Of a stretch of 64,000 bases of DNA, positions 1-13,565 are shown piece after piece (the first letter of the stretch is position 1; every line of letters starts with the position of its first letter). The stretch is from Haplodiscus bocki (taxonomy: Eukaryota). The stretch covers positions 99,634,001 to 99,698,000 of the forward strand of contig OZ296650.1 in the NCBI GenBank assembly GCA_965655095.1, given 5' to 3'. Under the pieces are notes generated by a model. It did not search any database and was not told the origin of the DNA. It saw only the letters and a program-made list of their open reading frames with translations. The position numbers were made by a program, and so were the translations under genes.

Positions 1-299
1 GGAAATCTTGTCGAAACAATTCAAGCCGATTGTCTTAGAGATTATTCAGCTTGAAAATCGACATACCAACCACATTAATTGAATTTTTCGCATGCTCAGC
101 TTATTAACATTCCAATCTAACGGACACAGTCAAAGTTTGTTCCATCTAAGAAACATTCAAAAAGATGTCACAATCAATTGACACCTTGAGAGACGAATTC
201 AAAAATGTTGTTTCAAGAAATTCGAGTTAGAATATCAAGATAAATCAACACTAATGAAAGTTTTGCCACATTTGGTCAATCAGGACACTAAGTCCAAAG

Positions 300-2830
300 T
301 AACAAGCAATTTGCTTGTTTGTTAGGAATGAACAATGTGCTTCAAGTAAAAAACTATCGAGTGACACTTTGAAGAGAAACTGATGGAAGTAGAGCTGAAA
401 AAATATGAGATTGATTATCGAGGCAAGTCAAGACCAACAGCACTTTTTGTCATTTCTGGTCACTCAGAATTCCACTGAATGGATGAGAAGTAAAATTTTT
501 ATTGGAATTATGCTGCAGAACTAGAAAACTTAAGACTGAGACCTTCAAGAAAGAATTCAAGTTATTATTTTTGGAGAAAAACGAGTTTGAAAATCGAGAT
601 GAGTCCAGATTATCGGACTACAAGATCTTCAGGCGATTTCAATTTCAGGATTTCAATGCAGGATCAGAGTTGAGACAGTTAATGACCAAAATTCCTTCAA
701 GAGTAGAGAACTTTTGATTGCGACCCTTGGTGGAATAAAGCAGGCTTGTCGTTATCCGTATACATGAGTTTGAATGAAGCATTTTTTCAATATTGGGAGC
801 TTTTTTGTCATTCTCGGACTATCAGGATTGCGACACAAGTAACGAATTCAAGAAATTAAAAAAAACGACTAGTCTACCAAAAAACCAGAGGCTGAGATCT
901 TGCAACTGCAGCTAGAAGTCAAATCAGTGGTTATGGAGAACTAGTTGTTGCAATCGATAAAAAAACTGTCAAAATCATTAGCAGTTGTCTGGCAAGCCTG
1001 AACTACCAATATTCCAAAACAAAGAACAAAATCGTTGCTTTCAGGAGCCAAATTATCTCTGAAGCTAAAAATCTGTCGGTTTAGATTTTTATGAAGGAAA
1101 TTAGACAGGTGGTTACAAAAAAAGAGTGTTCGTATCTCGTGATGATTCAAAACTAATAGCGCCACTTGGAATTTCCTTACTATCGCAATTCTAATTCAAG
1201 GAGGAACACAAAAAGCAGCCTCCAAATCTATTTCTCCTCCAAAACTATTAATGATTGGATTGAGACCTCAACGGATAAATTAAGTCTGTAGCTACTGAGA
1301 AATATTAGATTGATTATGGAGATGAATCAAAATTGATAGCACATTTGGATACTTCGGACATTCAAAACGCTGAGATAAAGATCAAAAGGATTTATTTTCT
1401 GATCAAAAGTTACTGCAGAAGCTTCAAGCTTTCGATTGAGACCTTGCTGCAAAAAACTAGGCCTATAGTTATAGAGAAAAATGAGATTGAATATCGACAA
1501 AAGTAAAAAAACATTCGATTTTCGGGAGTGTGGAGATGATGGAAAAAACCAGCAGACCGAAAGTTGAATGAATTCTTTTTCTCTAAGTTCAAGATTGCTG
1601 ATTGTGACCCTCATGATGGAAATGAAAGATGTAGTTACGGAGAAACACCATTTCGATGATCGACCTGAATCAGCTTTGATAACAATTTTCAGGAAAAGTT
1701 GGACTACCAAGACTTTGATGCAGGGATCATTAACAAAAGTTTTTTGAACGAATCTTCCTCTATGGGAGTAAAATTTTTAATTGACACCCTTCTGGTAAAA
1801 AAAAACCTGTAGTTATGGAGAAATTCGCGATTGAATATCGACAAAATTCAAAAATTTCCAGAAAAAAACTTTCGATCTTGGGAGTGTCCGGATTTTGATG
1901 CAAAAAACCAACTGACTGAAATTTGAAGGAAATCTTTTTCTCCAGATGTAGTGTTGCCGTTTGGAACCCTCAGGAAGGTAATCAAAACTGTACTTACGGC
2001 GGAAGACCTTTTCTATAATCGAGATGAATCAATTTTATAACAACTTTCTGGAAATATTGGACTGACATGATTTTCATGCAAAGATAAAAATCAAAAGCTT
2101 CTCAATCGAATCCACCTCTACAAAAGCATTGCTATCAATTGAGATTTTGACTGATGAAGTCAAACCTGTAGTTGCTGAGAAAAGTCGATTTCAATAGCGC
2201 GATATATCAATAACGATGGCATTTTTCAGAACTTTCGGACTATAGGGTTTCTGCCGCAAGTCAGAAAACCATCGATTTTTCACAGTAGTACATTTTTAGA
2301 GGTGGAACGTTTCTAATTGAGACCTGAATGAAAGGTTTGAAATTTGTATTCTTGGAGAAAAGTGAGTGGCAACATGATGAAAATTCAATACTAATTGAGC
2401 TTTTCGGTATTCGCTCAATCTGGGGATCACGGAAAGACATGTTCCAGTAGAAGTATTTTCGATAAAACATCACAACTTATTGATGACCCGAGAAACTACG
2501 GTAGTGGAAAACAACTTATACCAAACAACTGAAAAAAAATTCAAAATTTTACATTTCTAGTCATATTTTCTGACCGAGTTTTAAACTGTTAACTCTTTTC
2601 GGCTTTTTTGAAAAATCAAAAAAATTGTCATTTTTTGAAAAACATTGAGAAAAGCCGATTTGCTTCAGTTAGGTCGGAAAACAGATATTTTTGAGAAAAA
2701 AAGCCCACTCATCAAAAACCCTAAATTTGTCGAAAAAGCCCTGTTTTTGGTATTAAAAAATAAGAATGGGGTTACGAGTATCTAAAAACAAGTAAATAAA
2801 TAGTGCGGATAGCGGCATTCGAACCCTTCG
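300..2830. repeat. Degenerate ~175-bp tandem array, copy A, plus terminal block (~2400-2830)
   Basis: Motif aaacctgtagttatggagaaa...gaatatcgaga...ttttcggacta recurs at ~1282, 1461, 1628, 1805, 1987, 2163 and 2340 (spacing ~168-182 bp). Left boundary uncertain. Confidence 0.8.
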
Positions 2831-3329
2831 TCTCTGGCTTCCTAACCCCGGTGATTCCAAAACATTTGTATTATTCATGGTACTAACGGCTGTGCAGACT
2901 TGAATTCTGAGCGTCATGGACAATTTCAGGAAAAAGAAAAAAAATCGCCGACTATTGAATTGAATATTTTGCTTTCGAAAAAACTTCTTCGACAAAAAAC
3001 AACAACCAACCTAACCGCAAAAATGACAAGAGAAAAAACGGATGTTACAATGCCTGGAAGCCAAAAGCTCCGACGGAAGAAAATGTACACAAATAAATCA
3101 TAGCTAGTAAGATGCAAACACTCACCCAAACGAACATACGTAGCATTCAGCAGACCACCACTAAAGCAGAAACAAGAGGCGCAGTCTAACTGAAAAAATT
3201 TCCGTCAATGAAGCGCAAAACAGAGCGATCAAACACACAACAAATCTTTTTTACAAGCAAACCCAATATTGACAAAAAACTTTGAAAAGGGGACTTTGAG
3301 TTAATTCGAGCCGTTGGCTTTAGAGAAAT

Positions 3330-6250
3330 TTTGGCGTGGAAATCGTTAAAATAGCAAGTTCAGTTGGATCCGCTCGCATTGTTGGCCTACGAAGAATCCA
3401 GCGACAGGACCACAGTAAGAAATTGGTCAACATAGGAGTCAATCAACAATTAAAATTGTAAATCCATCAATTCAGGCCTCGATACAAGAGATCAAAGCAG
3501 TCGTTTTCGAGCAGGATGGGTTGAGTTATCGCGATATGCCTGCACTAAAATGAATTTTACCACCTCTGGCCACTCAAAGATCCAATTTTGATCTACAGAA
3601 TAAATTTCAAGATAAAATGAAACGAAGCTATCGATTGATACTTTGATCCAATAATGAAGCAAATAGAGCTGACGAAGTATGCGTTTGAAAATCAGAGCAT
3701 GTCGACAAAATTAGCACTTTCTGGCAATTCTAGTCCATCAGAAACCTACTGCATGGAAGAAAAAATAAAGTTTCCAAAGGAATATTCCAGCTCAAGCGGA
3801 AGGCATTACATTTGGTGTTTTATAAAAAAATTTCTGTAAGTAGTTATGGAGGAACACGCGTTTCAACATCAAATTGAATCCATATAACAAAAGTTTCGGG
3901 TTTTTCCAGTGCTACAGGATTCCGATGCAGGGACGAAAATGGTCGTTTTCCTGAAACAATGCTACTCAAAATGTAGAAAATTTCCGATCGCTTTTCTGAT
4001 GTAAGAACTCAAACCTGTAGTTATTGAGAACAATATAATTCAATTTAGAGATTTGTCAACGTTAACAGCGTTTGGGCATTCTGGCATCATCGGGAAACTG
4101 ACGCAAGCAATAGAATCTTTTCTACAGGATAAAATGCTTCTACGACAAAAAGAAGTGGCAATTGGAACCCTGACGGAAGAAATCTACTTTGTATTCACGG
4201 AGAACTAAGAGATTGAGCCTCCGGATGAACTCTTATTCTTAACATATTTTCAATTGCTCGGACGACCAGCATCCTGATAAAACGAATGAAAAAAAAGATG
4301 TTTTGATCGATTCAACCTCTACAAGTTAAGAGCTTTTGATTGAAATTTTGGTGGAATAAATCAAACCTGTTGGTACTAGGAAAGAGGAATTTGAAAAACG
4401 GGAATAATCAATAACAATAGCACTTTTGGTTGTTTCGAGCTACCAAGAGTTTGAGGCAAAGATTAAGGTAAAGGATTCCTCAGACCGATCCCCATTTAAA
4501 AAAGCCAAATCAAAAATTTGTACGTATTCCCATTCCTTGGTATCAATTAGTGCTGGCTATAAATGACCGATCTTCCAACTTTATGCCCGAGAATAGAACA
4601 CGTACCAGTACCAAGAAGTGTTAAATAAAGTGTTCTAAGTCGCAAAGTGTGAAGGGTCTCGTCTTCCGTTAGCCACCCTTTTGATTGAGACCTTGATGGA
4701 GGACACTATGCCTGGAGGTACGGAGAAAAATGAGTTTAAATTCTGATATGACTCAAAATTACAAGGACTTTTCGGATTATGAACAACCTAATGCAAAGGT
4801 CAAAGTAAAGGATTTTCCAATCGGATTAACCACAGAAAGTGCAGAACTTTCCACTTTGAACATATGGGGAAGAATAAATCTGTACTTACAGAGGAACAAG
4901 GAATTGAATTCCGAGATACATCAATAATGATGACACTTGAAGGAATTTTGATACCATTATAATTCTGAAGCAAGGACAAAAAATGGGTTTTCAATCGAAA
5001 CATCTTCCACCAACGTTATTATCTCCGTTAGGGCACTGCTGGTGGAAAAAAAACTGTAAATACGTCAAATTATCAGTTTCAATATAGAGACAAACCAATT
5101 TTGGAAGCATTTTTCGAAATTTTGGGACTGTCAAAGTTCTGATGCGAGGATCAAAATCGAAAACTTTTCAATCGAACCTCCCCCCAACAAATGCAGAGCG
5201 TTCTCTTGAGCTCTTGACGTAGGAGATGAAAAATTTAGTTATTGAGAAACATTAGTTTGAATGTCGAGATATATGAATAATTATAGCACCTTTGGGTAAA
5301 TGGGAGTATGAGGATTCTGACACAAGGACAAAACCATAAGTTTTTCAAATCGACCCTTCTGCAAAAAATTAGAGCTATCGGTTCAAGACTTGATGGACGA
5401 AATCAAGCTTGGAGATACGTAGAAGGTTGAGTTTTAAAATAAAAAAAACACATTCAGTAGCACTTTTTGAAAGTCTCGGGCTATCAAGACTTCGCTGCCA
5501 GAAAAAAAACAAAAAAGTTAACAAAAGGATCGTCCTCAACAGGTGTAAACTTTCCCATTTAAATCTAGATGGAAGGAATCCAGAAAGGAAAAAAAATTGA
5601 AAAACTAGCTTTTCCGGAACTAATGTCTGTTTTATTGCATTACCGGTCCATCACAAATCTGATGCAAAAAAGACAGCCGCAGATTTCTCAATGGAACACG
5701 CATCTGCAAGTCAAAGATTTCAAAGTGAGACTTTGAAGAAAAAAATTGAAACTTGTATCTTTGGAAAAACCTTAATTGCAACATCTGGGAAAAACAAAAC
5801 CAACATCTTTTTTCGGCATTCCCTCAATCTGGGGATCACAGAACGAATTCTTCTAGCAGAAATAAAATTGAATCAAATTTGTGTTTTCAGATCCCCAAGA
5901 AAAAAGGAGATCGAAGAGAACCAATACCAAAAAGCTTAAAAGCAATTTAAACAAGAACACATATTCTTATTTTTTTTTCAACAGATTTATCATTTTTCCA
6001 TCGTTTTAAGGAAATCAAACAAATCCCAAGCTTTTTCAAAACAACTGTGAAGAGATCGATTAGTTTCAATTAAATCTGACAATGGAGTTTTTCAGATAAA
6101 AAGAGCCCAATTGTCTGAAAAAACCTAGTTTTTCCCGGAAAAAAACGGCTTCCTTGTTGAGAAAAAACAAATGTTAACAGCTATCTGAAAACAACTACAA
6201 AAAAGGTTGAAAGCAGGGTTCAAAATGGCTACCTGTGGGTTTCTCAACAA
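3330..6250. repeat. Degenerate ~175-bp tandem array, copy B, plus terminal block (~5810-6250)
   Basis: Same monomer as copy A. The terminal block ctcaatctggggatcac...gagaaaaaaagccca/gataaaaagagccca... resembles 2400-2830 and 35700-36120. Confidence 0.75.
4520..4678. repeat. Short interspersed repeat (~160 bp), uninterrupted copy
   Basis: atgaccgatcttccaact..atgcccgagaatagaacacgtaccag...gtcttccgttagccac is nearly identical to 14450-14563. Its 5' part matches 13532-13565. Confidence 0.8.
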
Positions 6251-6899
6251 ACTTCCGACTCCATAACTTTACTGTTCGAGTCGCCAACAGTTCTGCAGCC
6301 ACTCTGCGAGTCCGGGGCAAAATCAGGAAAAGGAAAAAACCAGCCAAAGTTGCGGAATAAGTTTCTGGGAAAACACTTTTCGGACGGCAAATAAAAAGAC
6401 CGCGAAAGATTGGAAAGAAAAAAAAGACAAAACAAAACAGGAATGTCAACAGGCAACCTGCCGGGAAGCATCAAAAACATCACAAGAACAGAATACCGCA
6501 TTGATCGGGAAAAAGAAAAGAAGGAAAAAAAGCTATTCTAAAAAAAATAAAAATTCAAAGATATGTATATCAGTATGAGTAGAAGAAAAATGACGCAAGT
6601 AAAAGGAAACAGTCACACCGGCACGGAAAGAAGAACGCCTCCGAAATTTCAAAAACGTAATGCAAGAAACCAAAAGATTAGATGATTGGAAAAACCACTG
6701 TCAAATGAGGATGGAAATCAACGGAAAACCGACGGAAGTTTCAATAAGAACTGGATGTTCGATCACAAAAATCCCGCTGTACAGTTTTGATACCTCATAA
6801 GAAAAAATATGGAGGAAACTGAAAAACAAGAATCCAGATATCAATAGAAGATATCAATAAAAGGTTGAAATCATTGGAGGAACTGCAGTACAAGTCTCA

Positions 6900-9800
6900 A
6901 AAGGCGAAACATCTATTACCGATACTAAAAACCGAGAAAAGAGACCTACAAATCCATCAGAGGAAAGACGAGAATCCACATAAATATCCACCAAAACAGA
7001 ATCAAAAGTAAGCGACCGAGAAGAATTTTTCAACAAATTAAACAACCAATATTCGGAACTAGCACCACAGAAAACATGAAGACAAAAATACTCAAGAAGG
7101 CAGGACATCCGCTAAGGAAACAGAAAGCGCCACCAAGTCCATATCAGCTACAAAATCAAGTTGAGGACAAAATAATCCATTGTTATCAACGGAACCAAAA
7201 AAGGAAGAAAAGACTGTCGAAGGAGATTGTTTTTTTCCGGTTTCAATCAAAGTCAGAGAAAACATCCAACTATAAATCGCAGTCCATTTGAGAAAACTAA
7301 GATACAGCTGCCTCAAAGTACCACCACAAAAGCCCATTATGGAAGAACGGCAAAATGAAGTGTTTACAGAGACTAAAAAGCATCACCAAAAAGCCCTCAG
7401 TCGTAACGTTAATGGATCTAGAAAACGCCTATTGACCAGTGAAACTATACAAAGAAACAAAATGGACAAAGTTAAAGGTTAAAAGAACATGATATCTGAA
7501 CATTTTCCCCCAAAAAAGCAACTGGACATCGGAAAAACAAACACTTCATCGGTAGGACGATATCAAAGTTGTATGACAAGACATCAACGAAGAACACGAA
7601 AAAATTGTGATAAAACGGGGGTTACAGAGCGGGCAAAATGGAATATAAAAGTTGTCTGGAGATTATATTGTGATTGGGATGACGGATCGTTGATTTTACA
7701 GCAATTAAAATCGTCGGAGTTAGAAAACGAATTGAAATCATTACATGGCCCAACCTAAAACACAGTGAACACCATACTGAACATTTGGGAGAGATAGTTG
7801 GACCGAGACAATTAGCAAAGAACGAGAGAAAGTTAATCTGAGTCGAAAAAAAAGACAAAGGTTAGCAAAGAATTCAAAACCATGGTATTAAAAATTCCAT
7901 GCTAAGCACACACTGAAGAAAAAAGGATAACATAGGAACAACCGATGCGAGCAACAGGAGTCTCGGTACAACATTGTCACAAAAACAAGAGGACGGAACA
8001 ATAAAATCAACAGCGTGATTGAGCAGCTTCTTGTATGGAACAGACGGAAGTTCCGTCGGGGACGAAATATTAAGAACAGCATGTTATCTAGACAAAAATA
8101 GATTTTGTATACACTGGAAAAAATCCGGTCAGACCGCCAAACACAATAACCCCAAAAAAAAGAAAGTAAAGAAACGACCACCGTTCCCTCCGTCAAGCTA
8201 CGTGGTTTGACCGACTAACTTGTTTTGAAGAAACAGCACGGCACATTAATGGTAATACACAAATTAAAAATTACTCATTACTTGAGTAGAGGTACACTTG
8301 AAAAAACAATTACCGAGAAAAAAACAAGAAAGCAATTATAATCATAAAACAGGCTGATCCTCTAGTATTCAAATTGCAAAAAAAAACAGTTCCAGGACCG
8401 CAACCAACCAATCGAATTCAAGCTCTGATAAGGTAACTACAAAGCAATAATGATTCAACAAGATGACACTTGAAGAAAATCAAGACACATAAAAGAAAGC
8501 CAGAACGCACTTACTACTGTCGACCAATTTTGGAGAAGAATCCTACAACGCCGTTCATATGGAAACAAAATTCTGTCGACAATTGAACAAAACACAGAAG
8601 ATGAAAACCATAATCAGTTTCTCGACCAGTCTAATTACCGGACCTGTTCAAGTTCAGATAAATTAAAATCTAATTCATCTCTAAACATTTACACTGAAAG
8701 AATAGGAATCAAAGTACAGTATGACAACTTCCATTTGCGAGCGAACTGTAACATTTTGAAACATGTACGGGGGAAAAAAGGAAGTCCAAGAAACTAGCGG
8801 GTTACTACAAAGAAGTCGGAAAGTCGATATCAATGAGCACTGAAATCAACGCAAATTGCAGCCGACGAAGCTGGGCCGCACGCAAGTCAGACAAGAGAGG
8901 GAAAATCGAAGTAGCCATTACTGAATTGGAAATGCTCGGTAGAAAAGAGAGAAAAAAAGGTGAGGTGATGCCTATTTCAAAAACAACAAAAATGTCGAAG
9001 AAGTCAATTCAAAACTCCTCAGTTGACCCGGAATGGAGCCAAATGTTAGTATCTATAAGGGTTGTGAGAAAGAAGACCAGACGAGTAAAAGAACGTGTTT
9101 GAACAAAATTCAGAAAGACGTGGATCACCAATTGTGGAACATCATTACAGTACCCGAAGATCTTTGTCTACCGGTTTCGAACTCCTTACATTTCTGGCAT
9201 TCCAAATAGACAAACATGTTGGCTGACTGTGAAAACTTTTGGTGGCCAATTTCGAAAGCTTGGAAAAGTTGAGGAAAAGGAGAGCATATATGATTGGCGC
9301 TGAAAATTGGAAACGCCAACCTCCTAATAGTGAAAAACAATCAGCTAGAAAAAGTATTCGTACCGGGACAAGAAAATCAAATAGATTTCGTGGGTGAACT
9401 ATATTTTGCGGCAATATCAAGAGGACCAAACATAATAACTGCAATTGACCGATTCAGCAAATGATCGGAGGTAAAGATTTGTTATAACATGGATTGGAAA
9501 AATTATTCACCTTTGGAAAGCCTCATACACTTGTATGGAGAACCGGAAATGAAATTAGACGGTGGGCCCATTATTCATCAAAAAAGTCCGTAAAAATAAA
9601 AGGAACGAAATCGAATACTGCATTCCCAGAATGCATTAAGGTACCAGGACGGGGGAACAAGCAATATATTTGTTTAAAAAACTGTAGCAAAGCTGGACGA
9701 TAAAAATTGCCAAACTGGAAGCACTACAGGTAATGCCGTTTATGAGTAATACCGTATACCTTAACTAAAAGATGCCTTATGAATAATGCCACGGCTTAAA

Positions 9801-10100
9801 TCCGCGAACAGAAATAATCATTGTATTCAAAGACGGTGAAACTTCGTCTGGTCGGAAAGAGATTTTTTGGCGAAACCAAACAACTGACCGTGACCGGAAA
9901 AAACGCGGCAAGTTTATGGACCGTATTTAGTTGCAAGGGGGAGACGACGCAAATATTGCTGCTCATCATCTAAGTCACCAAAATGAACTACGACAGTCTT
10001 GGTTGCGCTATTGGATTACTCTTTCAAGTTTTACGAAAACAATTTATGTGTGGAAAGAAGAATTATACCGGAATTTAAAATAGCGGCTGATGGAACGGAA
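6900..10100 (+). mobile_element. Highly decayed Ty3/Gypsy pol remnant (RNase H and integrase recognisable)
   Basis: RNase H-like TTDASNRSLGTTLSQKQEDGTIK (~7940-8010). Integrase Zn-finger region LHFWHS...MLADCENFWWP (~9185-9248). Core motifs QIDFVGEL (~9378) and AIDRFSK (~9441). Many stops and frameshifts; boundaries approximate. Confidence 0.65.
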
Positions 10101-11910
10101 CACATGATAACCAGTGAAGACAAAGTGATTCACAAAAAATTAATTTTAACCCCTATTTAATTTCAAATTTCAGGAAGGCCAGTGGCAAATATGCGCCATC
10201 CGAGGGAGTAATGAAAAACGTCCCCGACGGAAAAAAAATGACAAAAAGAAGTGAGGACTCATTCAAAGACGAATATAGTGAATTTGAATGCTATAATAAA
10301 CCTAATGGGGGAAACCATTGCATGCGAACGTTGACGCAGATATGAAGACGATGAATAAGGGAAAGGAGTAGGCAATTCCACCGAATAAAACTGATGAAGT
10401 GAAGTCGATATAAACAATATTTGTGAGCCAATTCAACTGTAATTCAAATCTCACCTATCTTTTCGTTCTAACCCAGAAAAAAAAATTCATTCCGATGAAT
10501 GAGGGTTTCTAATTCTTCGCGTCAAAAAAAGTAGTGATTCCCAAAGCGTCGAAAAACTTGCAGACTATTCAAAGCGTGGAAAATTGACCAGTAGACCATT
10601 GGCTACTCCAAAAGTTTCCAAGCTTGGAATAGTCTGCAACTTTTCGATAATTTTATTATTCGACGGGATGGGAATTGACAATCATGGACATTTTTTAGCC
10701 CCTGTTGCGACCTGTCATTTGTCGGTGTGCCGTAGGTCCGAAAGACAATCTTTTGTTCCACAGCCATAAAAATCTTACTATAATGCATTCAGTTGTTACT
10801 GCCGGCACCCGCAGGCATTCCCGTGGGAAGAGAACGACATGCAGATCTTAAAGTGAACAGATGCATCATAATAATCAATGTGGCTTCCCAGTATCATAAG
10901 TTTAATGGAAGCTAATAAATAATGGTTTCATTATTTTTCGGGGAAAAAACTCCCAATTTCCTAAATTTCTCGTCCAGATGATGTAATGTGAACCTTCCGC
11001 TACAACTTTTCATTCAATGAATTTTGCCAACTTTTTAGTTTTTTTAGATGCAAGCAGCTTGTGAAGTTTGGAGCGTCATCATTGTAGCAGTTTTTGTCAT
11101 CTCCTGGCACCCTTGCAGTTCAAAAATTACAAAAAATGCTGGCACCATTATTTCTTATTAATGGCTTTTAATGATGGAGTTTGTATGGCATTACCGTTGA
11201 TTCCATGAAGAGAAATCATTATGACACTATTATTTTTTTCCAATCTTTGGCTGTGGACCAAAAGATTCTTTTCCGAGCTATGAATACGAATAGCTTTGGA
11301 GCTAAGACACCAAAAGTTTGTTTTTAGATCTGTTCAACGTCAAAAAAGTGTACTTTTATAACTCGAAAACTTACTTTTTGTTTAAAAAAAACTTACTATA
11401 GAAGCTTCAAAATGAAACGATCAATAACGATAAATCAAAACGAAGTTCTAGAGAACTTATAATAATACTTATACATAAAAACTTGCGATTACAGACTCGC
11501 CAACTGAGTCGCTGATTGCATGTGATTTATAAATTTCTATCTTTAATTTATCAATTTCACCAGAAAATATAATTTGGGCATGAATTCAAGGTTGTTGCGA
11601 AATTTCCACAAACCCTATTAACCGGGTAGTTTCAATTAGCCGACGAACGAAGCCCTTATTTAGCTTCCGCTCATTGCTCGGAATTATTACGCAATCGAAT
11701 CACTTTTACTCAGCCAATAATATTTTAGAAACAATCTAAAATAGTCTCAATAAAAAAATCGGTTTAATGGCTACTTGGTACGCACTCACTCTAAATACCG
11801 TTTTTGCTGCAGTCACCGTACTCGTCAGCCAATAAAATTGATTGGTAACGCTATGATGCCATAAATGTGCAGACATTCGCTATTTAACGCACGTTTTATT
11901 ACACCAGTGA

Positions 11911-12291
11911 CAGACACCGCGAAAATCTGCTGCGAGCAGAAAACAGCAGAATTGGCAGAATTTACCTTTCACAGCAGATTGCGCAGAATGGAAAAATGTC
12001 TTGTTTATGCTCTGATTTTCATAACAAAATAACCAAAAAAGTCCCGTCTGCCCATAAAATGAAAGAGAATGTGACTGAAAATTTTGGCATACAGAAATAC
12101 TACAAGAAAAATGAGCTCAAAAATATTCGAAAAGATTCATGATTCGATAATTTTTGGTTGAGGAAAATGTTTTGAATGAAATCAATAAATTCAATAATTT
12201 TCGGAGGAAATTTTCAAAAAGCAGAAAAAAGCTGATTAAATTTAGGGCAGCAGAGTTTCGGTTTGAGAGCAGCAGATTTTCGCGGTGTCTG
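11911..12291. mobile_element. hAT-type MITE (381 bp)
   Basis: Perfect 23-bp TIR cagacaccgcgaaaatctgctgc / gcagcagattttcgcggtgtctg. Exact 8-bp TSD ACCAGTGA (11903-11910, 12292-12299). CAG termini with an 8-bp TSD are typical of hAT. Confidence 0.9.
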
Positions 12292-12970
12292 ACCAGTGAT
12301 CACTTTCGGAACATTGCTAAATGCAATCCAAGTTTTGTATTGCACAAAAAGTCCATAAAGATAGCATACATGTACATAATACTGTACAAACGTTTTATTT
12401 GTGCATGTCTGCAGTTTGAATGATGTAAGAAACGATTAAGGTAAAGTTTGCGCTCAGCCGATGACGCAATTGAATGGCTTGAGAATTTTGTTTCTATCTT
12501 CTATAAATAATGATTATCGTAAAGTTCAAACTGTGAAGTGAGAAGCTTGAGAATGAAGAATGTTGAGTATTTTGCAAAGTTACAAGAGCCGTGTTACAAT
12601 CAAGTCGTCTGATTTTAGCGTAAACTTTGGAGGTTTTGTAAGCTTTGTACAGTACAGCTTTGTGTAGTGTTAAATTCGAATTTGAGATTTGTGCTTCGAT
12701 GCGTTTATTTTCAACACTACTCAAGTTTTATAGTTTACCTTGTAGCCTTTTAAACATCTCGAGTTGGCTACTCAATAAGCTGCTTTTGGCTCCAACACGC
12801 ATTCCTTTGTCCATGCATTGAATTCAATGAAAAGATTATCATCAAGAATCTAATTAACGAACTAAATTGTGATAGTTATTTCAAGATTACACAATCATTG
12901 ATTGGCAATCAGTGAAAATATCAAGAGGCGACCTTAGCGCCCGGCTATTTTTGCGACAGCTAGCAAATAA

Positions 12971-13193
12971 GGATCTTTTCACTTAACTCCCTAAACCCTC
13001 CCCCACCGTAATGGATATGCGAAATAATAAGCGACGTAATGTTTTCACTCACGCGCGAGTGAATTTTAGCCAATCAGAGACGAGTTTCTTCTACGTGTGC
13101 GAGGGGGGAGCTAAAATTCTCGTTACCCCTGGTGTTTGGAGGACTCCTGGTGGTGGTGGGGGAGGGGGGGGGAGCGTTAACAGACAAGATCCC
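12971..13193. mobile_element. MITE, (G)GGATCTTTTC termini, copy 1
   Basis: TIR ggatcttttcacttaactccc / gggagcgttaacagacaagatccc, flanked by AAATAA on both sides (12965-12970, 13194-13199). Confidence 0.75.
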
Positions 13194-13234
13194 AAATAAG
13201 TATAAGTTAGAGAATGGTTATTAGATGCCCGATT

Positions 13235-13435
13235 GGGATCTTTTCCGTAAACTCCCCCCTACCAGTAGTAACGAGAATTTTAACCCCCCACCAAGCAGAA
13301 GCGAATTCGTCTCTGATTGGCTAAAATTCACTCCCGCGTGAGTTAAAACATTACGCCGCCTATTATTTAGCATATCCATTATGGTGTGGGGTGGAGTTAA
13401 ATCAGTGGAAGGGGGGAGTTAACAGAAAAGATCCC
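13235..13435. mobile_element. MITE, GGGATCTTTTC termini, copy 2 (inverted relative to copy 1)
   Basis: TIR gggatcttttccgtaaactccc / gggagttaacagaaaagatccc. Flanks CCGATT/CCTATT (6 bp, 1 mismatch). The body is the reverse complement of copy 1. Confidence 0.75.
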
Positions 13436-13565
13436 CCTATTACAGAGTCTGCTCCGAGACCATTCATGACCGAGCCTCGGTTCTGTTTCCGAGGGCTTCT
13501 CAAACAATACTGAATTTAATTAAAAAATGCTGCGTGTTCCGATTCGCTGGCATTAATTAGTGCCC

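Noticed and set aside
2804-2860. tRNA-like 3' half on the minus strand (gggttcgaatgccgctatccgca)
   Set aside because: A B-box-like motif is present but I cannot build a cloverleaf or find an A-box; at most a decayed tRNA/SINE trace.
10739-11275. Imperfect ~34-bp inverted repeat pair suggesting another MITE
   Set aside because: No clear termini or TSD could be defined.
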